From Candidatus Gottesmanbacteria bacterium (GTDB lineage Bacteria > Patescibacteriota > Microgenomatia > UBA10105 > UBA927), in NCBI GenBank assembly GCA_963701185.1, contig OY969569.1, positions 383,054-447,053 on the forward strand: a stretch of 64,000 bases of DNA. Reading direction: 5' to 3'. This document shows positions 26,984 to 36,053 of the stretch, one piece after another. The translations under genes were made by a program, and so were the position numbers. Under the pieces are notes generated by a model. It had not been told where the DNA came from and did not search any database. It saw nothing but the letters and a program-made list of their open reading frames with translations. Numbering within the stretch: the stretch's first letter is position 1; each line of letters opens with the position of its first letter.

Positions 26984-27037
26984 ATAACAAAAATTTATAA
27001 CACCACGGAACCCCGCCAAGGCGGGGTTTTTTTGTGG
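26975..27037 (+). promoter_or_regulatory. conserved leader element plus intrinsic terminator (candidate Phe/Tyr attenuator) upstream of DAHP synthase
   Basis: gcataaataacAaaaatttaTaacaccacgg..., then hairpin ccccgcc-aa-ggcgggg, then a T7 run. The upstream segment ggggattgcgtgg (inside the leader codons) can pair with ccacggaacccc to give an anti-terminator. Confidence 0.5.
27011..27033 (+). terminator. rho-independent terminator (ccccgcc aa ggcgggg + U7)
   Basis: Read directly. Located 20 nt before the ATG of 27053. Confidence 0.7.
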
Positions 27038-27052
27038 TGAAAAAACGTACCT

Positions 27053-28006
27053 ATGACTATTGAACAACGAAATTTCGATCTTGAAATATTTGCCGGACCA
27101 TGTTCTATCAACCGTGAGAATATCCGTGATATTTACGCTATCGCGGACATCCAGGTGAAGTCTCAGCGTGGGGAGCTCCAGCGCGCCATAGCCGGTACGC
27201 GGATCGTGGGCCTTAAATCCCGAACTGCGCTTTCACCGAATCCGGAAGATATGGGCATCGATTACCCGACCATTGAGGAACAGGTTCTCATCGTGGGGCG
27301 GGCAGTATTGGAACAAACACCTCCGAGCATCACCATATCGGCGCAGGTTGTGGCGGATACTGATCTGGCGGTTGCAACAGAAGTGATGATGCCGGAAATA
27401 CAAATACCGCATTATGTCGGAAAAATTCCACCGGGGAAGCTGCTTTTATGGAATCCATCGGTGGATCAATTAGGGTGGCACATCCTCCAGACATCGAGTC
27501 TGGCTGCCAAAAACGGGTGGAGGGTGGGAATCAAAAACGGCAAAACGCTGGGGAGTACACTTACCGATGCGAAAGATGAGACGCGGCAGACGCCGGTAGA
27601 ACTGGAACGTACATGGGCGGGACTTGCGGCATTCGCCAAAGGCATGGACGGAAGACTCGTTTTCATCCACCGCGGGGTAGAAGACCCGCAAAAAGGTGAA
27701 TGGCGAAGCGCTCTGGTTCACGAAGTTGCACGGCGCGTAAAACGCAGTGTTCCTTCCGCGAAGCTCTTTTTTGACCCAAGCCACAGTTGCGGACCGAAGC
27801 TTCGTGATCAAATCGTGCCGGTAACAATTGATGCGATGCGGATGCGGGACGGAAGCGGCTTTCTCTATGACGGAATTTTAATCGAAACCGGTCATTCAAC
27901 GACGGATACAAAACAACATATTACTATTGATGAGTTGCGATGTCTGGTTGAGGAGCTGTCGCGATTTCGGGTGTTGAAAATTCCAACGAAAGGCGGACGG
28001 ATATGA
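27053..28006 (+). CDS. 3-deoxy-7-phosphoheptulonate (DAHP) synthase, type I-beta (KDO8PS-like fold)
   Basis: FAGPCSIN (xAGPCSxE motif) and KLFFDPSHSCG (DPSHxxG motif). First gene of an aromatic biosynthesis operon. Confidence 0.7.
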   Translation: MTIEQRNFDLEIFAGPCSINRENIRDIYAIADIQVKSQRGELQRAIAGTRIVGLKSRTALSPNPEDMGIDYPTIEEQVLIVGRAVLEQTPPSITISAQVVADTDLAVATEVMMPEIQIPHYVGKIPPGKLLLWNPSVDQLGWHILQTSSLAAKNGWRVGIKNGKTLGSTLTDAKDETRQTPVELERTWAGLAAFAKGMDGRLVFIHRGVEDPQKGEWRSALVHEVARRVKRSVPSAKLFFDPSHSCGPKLRDQIVPVTIDAMRMRDGSGFLYDGILIETGHSTTDTKQHITIDELRCLVEELSRFRVLKIPTKGGRI

Positions 28007-28863
28007 ACCCTCCGATAGCCACTCCTGAGTCTATCGCTTCCATCGGGCATATCGGCTCGTACAGTTTTGCCGCCGCCCAATGGGCCGCGCCAAAAGCCGT
28101 GGTGAAATTCTTCCCTGCTTTTGCGGATGTGTGCGCTGCCGTTACACGCGGCGATTGCACGCTGGGAGTGCTTCCGATAGAAAATTCACTTACCGGCAGC
28201 ATCCATGAAAACTATGATCTGTTAAAACAACAGAAACTCCATATTGTAGGAGAAGTATGTTTAAACATAACACATGCATTGCTGGTTACACCTGGTGGTT
28301 GCGCCAACGACGACGAGAGGTTGAGGGGTGTCCGAACGATTTTTTCGCACCCGCAAGCGTTATTACAATGCGGCGTGTTTTTAAAAAAACACCCGCACCT
28401 CCAGACTATCGCCTTAGCCGATACTGCAACTGCGGCGGCACGAATCGCACGTTTGAGAAAATCCTCCGAAGCGGCCATTGCCGGTAAATCGACAGGGGAA
28501 CTCCTCGGACTTCGGGCACTGAAAATGAATGTTGCAGATCACCCATGCAATATAACGCGTTTTGTCGTCATTGCCAAACAGAAAAGAATAGATAAAGAAG
28601 CTGATAAAGCCTCTGTCATTCTGCAGCTTCCGCACGTACCCGGAAGTTTATCGCGGGTACTCCGGTGTTTTGCCGAACGAAAGTTAAACCTAACCAAAAT
28701 AGAATCCCGCCCGATCATCGGTACTCCCTGGGAGTATACATTCTACGTGGATGTCGAAATTGGGCGGAACATCAGAAATTTTATGCAGTCACTAGAGGAC
28801 ATACGCCTGGTAGCGCACAAAATACTCATATTAGGCCTGTATAAGAAAGGAGAAACGATATGA
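28003..28863 (+). CDS. pheA: prephenate dehydratase with C-terminal ACT domain
   Basis: LPIENSLTGSI, the TKIESRP (ESRP) motif, and an ACT regulatory domain. Confidence 0.85.
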   Translation: MNPPIATPESIASIGHIGSYSFAAAQWAAPKAVVKFFPAFADVCAAVTRGDCTLGVLPIENSLTGSIHENYDLLKQQKLHIVGEVCLNITHALLVTPGGCANDDERLRGVRTIFSHPQALLQCGVFLKKHPHLQTIALADTATAAARIARLRKSSEAAIAGKSTGELLGLRALKMNVADHPCNITRFVVIAKQKRIDKEADKASVILQLPHVPGSLSRVLRCFAERKLNLTKIESRPIIGTPWEYTFYVDVEIGRNIRNFMQSLEDIRLVAHKILILGLYKKGETI

Positions 28864-29141
28864 ACAGTATACCAAGTAAGTTATTACGTTTACGCCGGCA
28901 AATAGACGATGCGGATCACCATATATTGCATCTGTTGGCGAAACGCCAAAACCTATCCCGTGCAGTCGTACGGCAAAAAAAACTTCACGGGCTGGCTATT
29001 ACGCACAGAGTCCGTGAACGGCAAATCATGGAAAACAGACAAACAGTCGGCCGATCTTTGGGGCTTGATTCAATGCTGGTCCGGCGATTATTCGCCCTGA
29101 TTATACAAGAGTCAAAACGAATACAAAAAGAACATATATGA
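28860..29141 (+). CDS. chorismate mutase (AroQ class, monofunctional)
   Basis: 93-aa helical protein. LRRQIDDADHHILHLLAKR is typical of CM_2. Confidence 0.7.
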   Translation: MNSIPSKLLRLRRQIDDADHHILHLLAKRQNLSRAVVRQKKLHGLAITHRVRERQIMENRQTVGRSLGLDSMLVRRLFALIIQESKRIQKEHI

Positions 29142-30004
29142 ACATGCGTATACGCACCATAGGAATTATCGGATTGGGTCTTATCGGGACCTCTCTCGGC
29201 ATGGCTCTCAAAAGAACTGACAGGACGATGAAAATCATCGGTTTGACCAAATCGGAAAAAAGCGGAAGAACGGCAATACAAATGGGCGCGATTGACCGTT
29301 TGGCTCACACTGTTACGGAACTACTCAACGGCACAGATATGCTCATCCTGGCAACGCCTATACGCGTCACGATGACGCTTTTGCCGCATATCGGAAGGCT
29401 CGCCCAAAAACCTATTCTTATAACGGATACCGGCAGTACAAAAGTTGAAATTTGCGCAATCGCAAAAAAACTTCCCGCACACGTGACATTTATCGGTGGA
29501 CATCCGATGGCAGGGAAAGAAACAAGCGGTCCGGAACATGCGGATGCCGGCCTATTCGTTGACCGGCCATGGATCCTCACATCCGACAATACAGAAGACA
29601 ATACCCTCACGGGTATTGAATCTATCGTCAGCGCGGCGGGTGCCGTACCCATCCGGATGACGGCGGCTGATCACGACCGGCTGATTGCGTCGATATCACA
29701 TCTTCCGCTGGTTATTTCTTCCCTTCTTATGGAAACGGCGGCGGGGCACCCATCCTGGCCCGCCCTACGACGTTTAGCGGGAAACGGTTTTCGCGATACG
29801 ACCCGGCTTGCCGCAGGAAACCCGGCTATGCATACGGATATCCTCCGAACAAATAAGAAAAATATTTTATCTGCCATACTGCAGTTTGAACATGCACTGG
29901 AAACGCTCAAAACCGATATCGCTTCAGACCGCTGGCTGGCAATAAATGAAAGACTTCAGGCGGTGCAACAGGCGCGTGTTTCATGGGGAAGGAGTCAGCT
30001 ATGA
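29138..30004 (+). CDS. tyrA: prephenate/arogenate dehydrogenase
   Basis: Rossmann motif IGIIGLGLIGTSLG. PDH C-terminal domain. Confidence 0.8.
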   Translation: MNMRIRTIGIIGLGLIGTSLGMALKRTDRTMKIIGLTKSEKSGRTAIQMGAIDRLAHTVTELLNGTDMLILATPIRVTMTLLPHIGRLAQKPILITDTGSTKVEICAIAKKLPAHVTFIGGHPMAGKETSGPEHADAGLFVDRPWILTSDNTEDNTLTGIESIVSAAGAVPIRMTAADHDRLIASISHLPLVISSLLMETAAGHPSWPALRRLAGNGFRDTTRLAAGNPAMHTDILRTNKKNILSAILQFEHALETLKTDIASDRWLAINERLQAVQQARVSWGRSQL

Positions 30005-31113
30005 AGATGAATTCATTTTGGCATCATGCGGCAGCTCACCCGCCCGCTACATACATTCCAAATCAAGGCGTCATTGTCCGTCATAATTTTGCTGCCCTGG
30101 AAAACGATTTTGGTAGCAGTCCGGTCATCGACAAAGCGATTCGGACATTACGGAATGCGCAACTGAATCACTACCCGGATCGCAATGCCGTCACTCTGAA
30201 AACAAAAATTGCGTCATGGCTGGATCTCACGCCCGACATGGTGGAGCTGGGCAACGGCAGCGATGAACTCATCTCGCTTATTGCTCAGATTGCCGTTGAA
30301 CCCGGAAAATCCGTCATTGTTCAGACGCCGACATTCTTTCGGATCATTGAGGCAGTGAACAAAATGAAGGGGGCCGTCGTCCCGGTGGCCGCTCAAAAAG
30401 ATAGCGGCTTTGCTCTTGACGAACAATTTGTCGACGGTCTTATGACGGCCGCCAAAAAAAACCGCGCCGCCCTTATATGGCTGTGTACGCCCAATAACCC
30501 GACCGGAGCAGTTATGAATTCGGCCTCTATCGACCGGATAGCTGGCAGTACAAAGGCGTTTGTTGTTGTCGATGAGGCATACCAGGAACTTTGGGATCCG
30601 GAAAATAAAAAATCGGCGGTGAGGCTCATACCAAAACATGACAACCTTATCGTCACGAAAACGTTCTCCAAGGCGTTCGGTTTGGCAGCAATCCGCGTCG
30701 GCGTGATGCTGGGAAATCCGAAGCTTATATCAGCGGTGGACGCTTGGAGGCTGAATTTTCCTTTATCGTCCATATCACTGCGGATTGCAGAGGCGGCGCT
30801 GTCAGATACTGATCATCTGATCCGAATACGCAATAAGGTTTCGCGTGAACGGAATATGCTTTTTCGCCATATAGCAAAGCTGCCGATGCTGGAACTGGGA
30901 GCCGAATCAAAAACAAACGTATTTCTTTTGCGTCACAAAACAGACGACCTGCATGCATTGCTTTTAAAACAAGGCATGATGACCGCCGATTTTAACCGAA
31001 TGAACGGCCTGGAACATATGCGTTTTGTACGCATTACGGTGAAACGCCGGAAAGAAAATCTTATGTTAATGAAAGCGCTTACGGCATCGTGCGGAAAGGA
31101 AACATCTTTATGA
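30001..31113 (+). CDS. hisC: histidinol-phosphate/aromatic aminotransferase (HisC family, class II)
   Basis: PLP lysine motif KTFSKAFGLAAIRVG. Its ATGA overlaps tyrA. Context suggests an aromatic aminotransferase role. Confidence 0.75.
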   Translation: MKMNSFWHHAAAHPPATYIPNQGVIVRHNFAALENDFGSSPVIDKAIRTLRNAQLNHYPDRNAVTLKTKIASWLDLTPDMVELGNGSDELISLIAQIAVEPGKSVIVQTPTFFRIIEAVNKMKGAVVPVAAQKDSGFALDEQFVDGLMTAAKKNRAALIWLCTPNNPTGAVMNSASIDRIAGSTKAFVVVDEAYQELWDPENKKSAVRLIPKHDNLIVTKTFSKAFGLAAIRVGVMLGNPKLISAVDAWRLNFPLSSISLRIAEAALSDTDHLIRIRNKVSRERNMLFRHIAKLPMLELGAESKTNVFLLRHKTDDLHALLLKQGMMTADFNRMNGLEHMRFVRITVKRRKENLMLMKALTASCGKETSL

Positions 31114-31733
31114 AAGCTGAATTCATTATTTTCCGACATGGCGAAACCGACTGGAATCGGCAACACCGGTCTATGGGAACAACAGACATTCCTTTAAATG
31201 CGACAGGGAAACAACAGGCAGAGAGACTGGCAGTGCGGCTGGCGCAAGAACACATTAGCGCATGTTACACGTCACCGCTTGCCCGCGCGAAAGAAACCAT
31301 GTGTTTAGTAGCGAGGTACCATCATCTCCCCGTTTGGATACTTGAGGATCTCAGGGAAATGGACCTTGGCCAGTTTGAGGGGAAATTGAAAGCAGAGCGA
31401 ACACTATTATTCCCCGGGTTTGACCCCGGCAACGATGAACATAGGGAGCTCTTACACATGGACACATTTTCCCTTTGGATACCGAGGTTAAAAAATGAAA
31501 TCGTAGCCGGATTATTACAAAGACATGATGGGCAGACAATCGCCATTTCGACGCATGATCAAAAAATGCGTGCACTGCTCATCGCTCTCGGTATGCCGGA
31601 GGAAACCAAGCGGACAGTTTTAAAAAACAGTGCGGTGACGAAAGTTTCTCTGGAAAACGACGCGATGACGGTTATGTATCACAATGATACTTCTCACTTG
31701 GAGAATATAAACATTGAGAAACAAACACTATGA
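31110..31733 (+). CDS. histidine phosphatase (phosphoglycerate mutase family) protein
   Basis: FIIFRHGETDWN is the RHG catalytic motif. Its ATGA overlaps hisC. Confidence 0.7.
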   Translation: MKAEFIIFRHGETDWNRQHRSMGTTDIPLNATGKQQAERLAVRLAQEHISACYTSPLARAKETMCLVARYHHLPVWILEDLREMDLGQFEGKLKAERTLLFPGFDPGNDEHRELLHMDTFSLWIPRLKNEIVAGLLQRHDGQTIAISTHDQKMRALLIALGMPEETKRTVLKNSAVTKVSLENDAMTVMYHNDTSHLENINIEKQTL

Positions 31734-33520
31734 ACATTATTACCTTACAACCATTACCCAAGCCTGTCCGGACTACCGTCTCCGTGCCGGGTTCCAAAAG
31801 CATGACGAACCGTGCACTTGTGATCGCGGCTCTTACGCACGGCACCGTGGTTATTCACCATCCGCTCGTTTCCGATGACACACATGCCATGACATCATGT
31901 TTGTCTGCACTTGGAATTCCAGTCGAAAAAAAGAAAGACAAATGGATTGTGAGCGGAGGGTTGAATCAAGTTACATCGCTAACAAGGACTCTGCCTGCGC
32001 GGCTTTCGGGAACAACCATTCGTTTTTTGACAGCACTCGCCTGTATCGTACCAGGGGTTACCACCCTTTCGGGTGAACCGGGTCTCAACGCGCGGCCAAT
32101 TAGGGAACTGGTTTCGGCATTGCAAAAACGTGGTGCCGGCATCGAGTATCTGCGAAAAACCGGGTTTCCGCCGATTCGCGTCCGGCAGTCACAAATAAAA
32201 TCCGGGGTTATTACTATTTCAGGAACGACAAGCAGTCAGTTTATTTCAGCACTCCTGATGATACTTCCGATGCTTGAGCGATCAACGGTTTCCGTGAGGG
32301 GAAAAACGGTTTCCCGTTCATACATAGATATGACGATTGCACTCATGGCTGCGTGCGGCGTAGCTGTTTGCGAAACCAAACCCAATCATTTTGAAATATT
32401 GCACGGATGCTATACATGCAGGGATATAGAAATAGAAAGCGATGTTTCCAGCGCGTGTTATGTTGCGGCAATCGCAGCACTCACGCAGTCGACGATAACC
32501 ATACGGGGGATGCGTGCCGGCTCAGTCCAGCCGGATATGCAGTTTCTTTCAATTCTTTCTAAAATGGGAAGCCGTGTGTTATGGAAAAGCGATGCGATGA
32601 CCATTCAGGGTAAGGGTGTACGTCCGTTGTCCGTCGACATGAGCGCCTGCCCGGACCAGATACAAACACTTGCGGTGCTGGCGGCTTTTGCCCAGGGGAA
32701 CACCATCATCGAAGGCATTGGAACTTTGCGTGTCAAAGAAACAAACCGCGTTCGTGCATTGCAGACGGAATTAGCGCGGATGGGGATACGAACATCGGCC
32801 ACGAAAAACGTGCTAACGATTTTTGGCGGCCGGCCGCAGCCGGCACGTATACGTACGCACGGCGACCATCGGATGGCCATGGCCTTCGCGGTTGCCGGTG
32901 CAAAAATATCGGGAATGCAGATAGAAAATCCGGACGTCGTCAATAAAACATTTCCGGAGTTCTGGATGTGTATGCGCGATATCGGCATAACGATGGAAAA
33001 ACCGTCAAACATCGTCCTTATCGGATTTATGGGTTCCGGCAAAAGCAGTGTCGCTCCACGTCTTTCTCGGGCGCTCGGTTGGAAAGTCGTTGATATGGAT
33101 GCGCTCGTGCTGTTACGATCAAAACGGGCTTCAATTCAGGAAATTTTTGCTAAAGACGGGGAAAAAGCCTTCCGCCGTCTTGAAGAAACCGTTGCACAAT
33201 CACTGGTGTTAAAAAGTCATCAGGTTATTGCCGCGGGAGGCGGAGTTGTTATGAACGAAAAAACTTTGATGCATTTACAAAATAATGCGACTATCATTTT
33301 TCTAAAAACGTCATTGCCGGTGATAAAAGCACGCTTACGTATTGCAATGGATCGCCCGCTGTGGAACGATAAGCGGAAAGCACGCGACTTATTTATCACT
33401 CGCGCTCCGCTCTATCGTAAAAGCGCAGATATAACAATCACTACCGACAACAAATCCCTATCGGCCATAACGGCAGAAATTATTTTAGAAACAATTTTTC
33501 GTACGATAGAAAGGAAATAA
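31730..33520 (+). CDS. aroA: bifunctional EPSP synthase / shikimate kinase fusion
   Basis: N-terminal [17 protein letters not shown] (EPSPS) through about aa 425. C-terminal P-loop [11 protein letters not shown]...VVDMD (AroK). Confidence 0.85.
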   Translation: MNIITLQPLPKPVRTTVSVPGSKSMTNRALVIAALTHGTVVIHHPLVSDDTHAMTSCLSALGIPVEKKKDKWIVSGGLNQVTSLTRTLPARLSGTTIRFLTALACIVPGVTTLSGEPGLNARPIRELVSALQKRGAGIEYLRKTGFPPIRVRQSQIKSGVITISGTTSSQFISALLMILPMLERSTVSVRGKTVSRSYIDMTIALMAACGVAVCETKPNHFEILHGCYTCRDIEIESDVSSACYVAAIAALTQSTITIRGMRAGSVQPDMQFLSILSKMGSRVLWKSDAMTIQGKGVRPLSVDMSACPDQIQTLAVLAAFAQGNTIIEGIGTLRVKETNRVRALQTELARMGIRTSATKNVLTIFGGRPQPARIRTHGDHRMAMAFAVAGAKISGMQIENPDVVNKTFPEFWMCMRDIGITMEKPSNIVLIGFMGSGKSSVAPRLSRALGWKVVDMDALVLLRSKRASIQEIFAKDGEKAFRRLEETVAQSLVLKSHQVIAAGGGVVMNEKTLMHLQNNATIIFLKTSLPVIKARLRIAMDRPLWNDKRKARDLFITRAPLYRKSADITITTDNKSLSAITAEIILETIFRTIERK

Positions 33521-33522
33521 CT

Positions 33523-34608
33523 ATGGCAGGAAATACATTTGGGCAACTATTTCGCATTACAACCTTCGGGGAATCCCATGGAGGCGCTGTCGGCGTGGTT
33601 ATCGACGGGTGCCCGCCCGGTCTTGCCATATCCGAAGCTGACATTCAAAAAGAACTGGACCGCCGCAAGCCCGGGCAAAGCCACATTACGTCGCCGCGCA
33701 AAGAAGCGGATATCATCCATATACTTTCGGGTATGTTCGGCGGGAAAACTACCGGAATGCCGATTCTTATGCTGGCATACAACAAGGATGCCAAACCAGA
33801 AGATTATGAATGTATCAAAGACGTGTACCGGCCGGGGCATGCGGACTTCACATTCCATAAAAAGTACGGTATTCGGGACTGGCGGGGATCAGGACGGGCT
33901 TCCGCGCGGGAAACGCTCGGGCGGGTCGCTGCGGGCGCTCTTGCAAAGAAGTTCCTTAAGGAAAAACTCTGTATAGAAATACTAAGCTTCGTGGAACAGA
34001 TTGCTGATATAAAAACAGCGATTGATTTCAACACGGTGACACCTGCGGCAATCGAATCCAACGTCGTCCGCTGTCCCGATCCGTTTGTCGCGGAAAAAAT
34101 GATTGCGCATATTGAATCCGTCCGTAAGGCAGGAGATTCTGTCGGAGGAATCATCCGCGGCGTGATCAAAAATGTGCCCGAGGGTCTCGGAGAACCGGTG
34201 TTTGACAAATTGCCGGCCGATTTGGGAAAAGCCATGTTAAGTATCAATGCGGTCAAAGGATTCGAAATAGGATCCGGCTTTGCGGGAGCCGCACGTTCCG
34301 GCAGCAAGCATAACGATGAGTTTTTCAAGGACACAAACGGAGATATCAGAACCAAAACAAATAATGCAGGAGGAACGCTGGGCGGCATATCCAACGGTGA
34401 AACGATCTATTTCCGTGTGGCTTTTAAACCGGTTTCAACGATCCGTAAAAAACAGCATACGGTCAATACACATGGGGAAACGGTCGAACTGGAGGCTGCC
34501 GGCAGACATGATCCGTGCGTCCTGCCGCGGGCGGTTCCCATCGTGGATGCTATGGCTGCATTAGTTCTGATGGATCATTATCTGCGGGATAAAGCTCAGT
34601 ATGCCTGA
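33523..34608 (+). CDS. aroC: chorismate synthase
   Basis: [25 protein letters not shown] is the AroC N-terminus. Confidence 0.9.
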   Translation: MAGNTFGQLFRITTFGESHGGAVGVVIDGCPPGLAISEADIQKELDRRKPGQSHITSPRKEADIIHILSGMFGGKTTGMPILMLAYNKDAKPEDYECIKDVYRPGHADFTFHKKYGIRDWRGSGRASARETLGRVAAGALAKKFLKEKLCIEILSFVEQIADIKTAIDFNTVTPAAIESNVVRCPDPFVAEKMIAHIESVRKAGDSVGGIIRGVIKNVPEGLGEPVFDKLPADLGKAMLSINAVKGFEIGSGFAGAARSGSKHNDEFFKDTNGDIRTKTNNAGGTLGGISNGETIYFRVAFKPVSTIRKKQHTVNTHGETVELEAAGRHDPCVLPRAVPIVDAMAALVLMDHYLRDKAQYA

Positions 34609-34639
34609 TGGAATAAAAATATGCTATAGTGGAGGAAAT

Positions 34640-35827
34640 ATGGATCCCATTGATGAATTATTAACCAGGGGTGTCGAAAATATCATCCCGAACAAGGAAA
34701 AGCTGCGGGCGCGGTTGGCGAGCGGCAAAAAGCTCAATATATATCTCGGGATTGATCCGACGGCCACCAATATCCACATCGGGCACGCGGTGCCGCTTCG
34801 GAAACTCAACGCGTTTGCGAGCTTGGGCCACAACGTGACATTTCTCATCGGCGATTTTACCGCACTCATCGGGGATACCTCGGATAAAGACGCCGAACGC
34901 CCTGTCCTCACGGATGATCAAATCAGAGCAAACTTTGAAACATACAAGGCCCAAGCGGCAAAAGTACTGGATTTTTCTAAAATCAACGTTCGGTTTAATA
35001 GCGAGTGGCTCAAGGATTTACAATTTGCCGATATCGTAAAACTGTGCCAGCATTTTTCCGCCGGAGATTTCGTCGGGCGGGAACTTATTAAAAAACGTCT
35101 CGCTGAAGGCAAAAAGGTGGGACTGCACGAACTTCTCTACCCGGTGATGCAGGGCTATGACAGCTGGTTTATGAATACGGATATCCAACTCGGCGGCACG
35201 GATCAGACGTTTAATATGCAGGCGGGCAGGACGCTCCAAAAAGACTTGCGCAAAAAAGAATCGTTTATCATCGCCAACGGGTTCCTGGAGGGAACCGACG
35301 GACGTAAAATGAGTAAAACCTGGAACAACGCGATATGGCTGACGGACAACCCAAATGAAATGTTTGCGAAAGTCATGTCCCTGCGGGATGAACTCATCGT
35401 GCAGTATTTTACGCTCGCGACCAACGCGACTATGGAAGAAATCGGGTCGGTTGAAAAACGCCTGACGGCAAAAGAAAACCCGATGACCATCAAAATCGAG
35501 CTGGCGCACCGGATGGTGACGGAACTTCACATGAAAGCCGCCGCCGACGCCGCGCAAAAAGACTTCGGCAGTAGATTCCAAAAAGGAGAACTCACCCAGG
35601 CAAAACTCCCGACAATCGCATTAACACCAACATTAGCTTCTGGGGCGACAATTATCGAGGCAATGATAGCAGGAAGTATTATCTCCAGTAAATCTGAGGG
35701 GAGACGATTAGTCGAACAAAAAGCCGTAAAACGCAACAATATACTTGTCACAATACCATCAGAGTTACTCAAGTTTAAGACAGGTGATATAATAAAAGCT
35801 GGAAGGAAAGCAATAAAAATTAAATAA
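34640..35827 (+). CDS. tyrS: tyrosyl-tRNA synthetase
   Basis: GIDPTATNIHIGHAVP (HIGH), KMSKT, and a C-terminal S4 domain. ATG at 34640 with a ggagga RBS. Confidence 0.85.
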   Translation: MDPIDELLTRGVENIIPNKEKLRARLASGKKLNIYLGIDPTATNIHIGHAVPLRKLNAFASLGHNVTFLIGDFTALIGDTSDKDAERPVLTDDQIRANFETYKAQAAKVLDFSKINVRFNSEWLKDLQFADIVKLCQHFSAGDFVGRELIKKRLAEGKKVGLHELLYPVMQGYDSWFMNTDIQLGGTDQTFNMQAGRTLQKDLRKKESFIIANGFLEGTDGRKMSKTWNNAIWLTDNPNEMFAKVMSLRDELIVQYFTLATNATMEEIGSVEKRLTAKENPMTIKIELAHRMVTELHMKAAADAAQKDFGSRFQKGELTQAKLPTIALTPTLASGATIIEAMIAGSIISSKSEGRRLVEQKAVKRNNILVTIPSELLKFKTGDIIKAGRKAIKIK

Positions 35828-35892
35828 AGGCAGATCCCCGCCTTCGCGGGGATGACAACTGGAAAAATATGAACTTTTTTAGGAAACACGAA

Positions 35893-35973
35893 ATGCTTTG
35901 GAAAATCATTATTGTCGTGGCATCGCTGGCGCTTGTTGCCAGCTCCTTTCTTCCGCTTCTTTCACTCCGATAA
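35893..35973 (+). CDS. possible 26-aa hydrophobic micro-peptide (MLWKIIIVVASLALVASSFLPLLSLR)
   Basis: Short ORF directly 5' of palindrome copy A. Weak support. Confidence 0.2.
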   Translation: MLWKIIIVVASLALVASSFLPLLSLR

Positions 35974-35984
35974 AATGATAAACG

Positions 35985-36012
35985 TGTTTTAATGTTTTAA
36001 AACATTAAAACA
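35985..36012. repeat. 28-bp perfect palindrome copy A (tgttttaatgttttaaaacattaaaaca)
   Basis: Read directly. Intergenic between tyrS and recG. Confidence 0.9.
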
Positions 36013-36053
36013 GAGAAATTAAACCTTGCAGACATTACTGATATAATCACCGT

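Noticed and set aside
18112-27052. T-box riboswitches upstream of thrS, pheS or tyrS
   Set aside because: The leaders were searched for the T-box consensus (AATTAGGGTGGNACCGCG) and a specifier-loop architecture, and none was found. The pheS and aro leaders are better explained by leader-peptide attenuation. The thrS leader remains unexplained.
26852-27067. Extension of the PBP ORF to 27067 (72 extra residues, TTG start)
   Set aside because: The extension has no TM or signal and would run antisense through the promoter, leader and terminator of the aro operon. The canonical PBP N-terminus (basic tail + TM) starts at Met 26851.
35834-35853. Hairpin atccccgc-cttc-gcggggat after tyrS as a terminator
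   Set aside because: It has a stable stem but no U-tract, so it is not convincingly an intrinsic terminator. It may still stabilise the mRNA 3' end.
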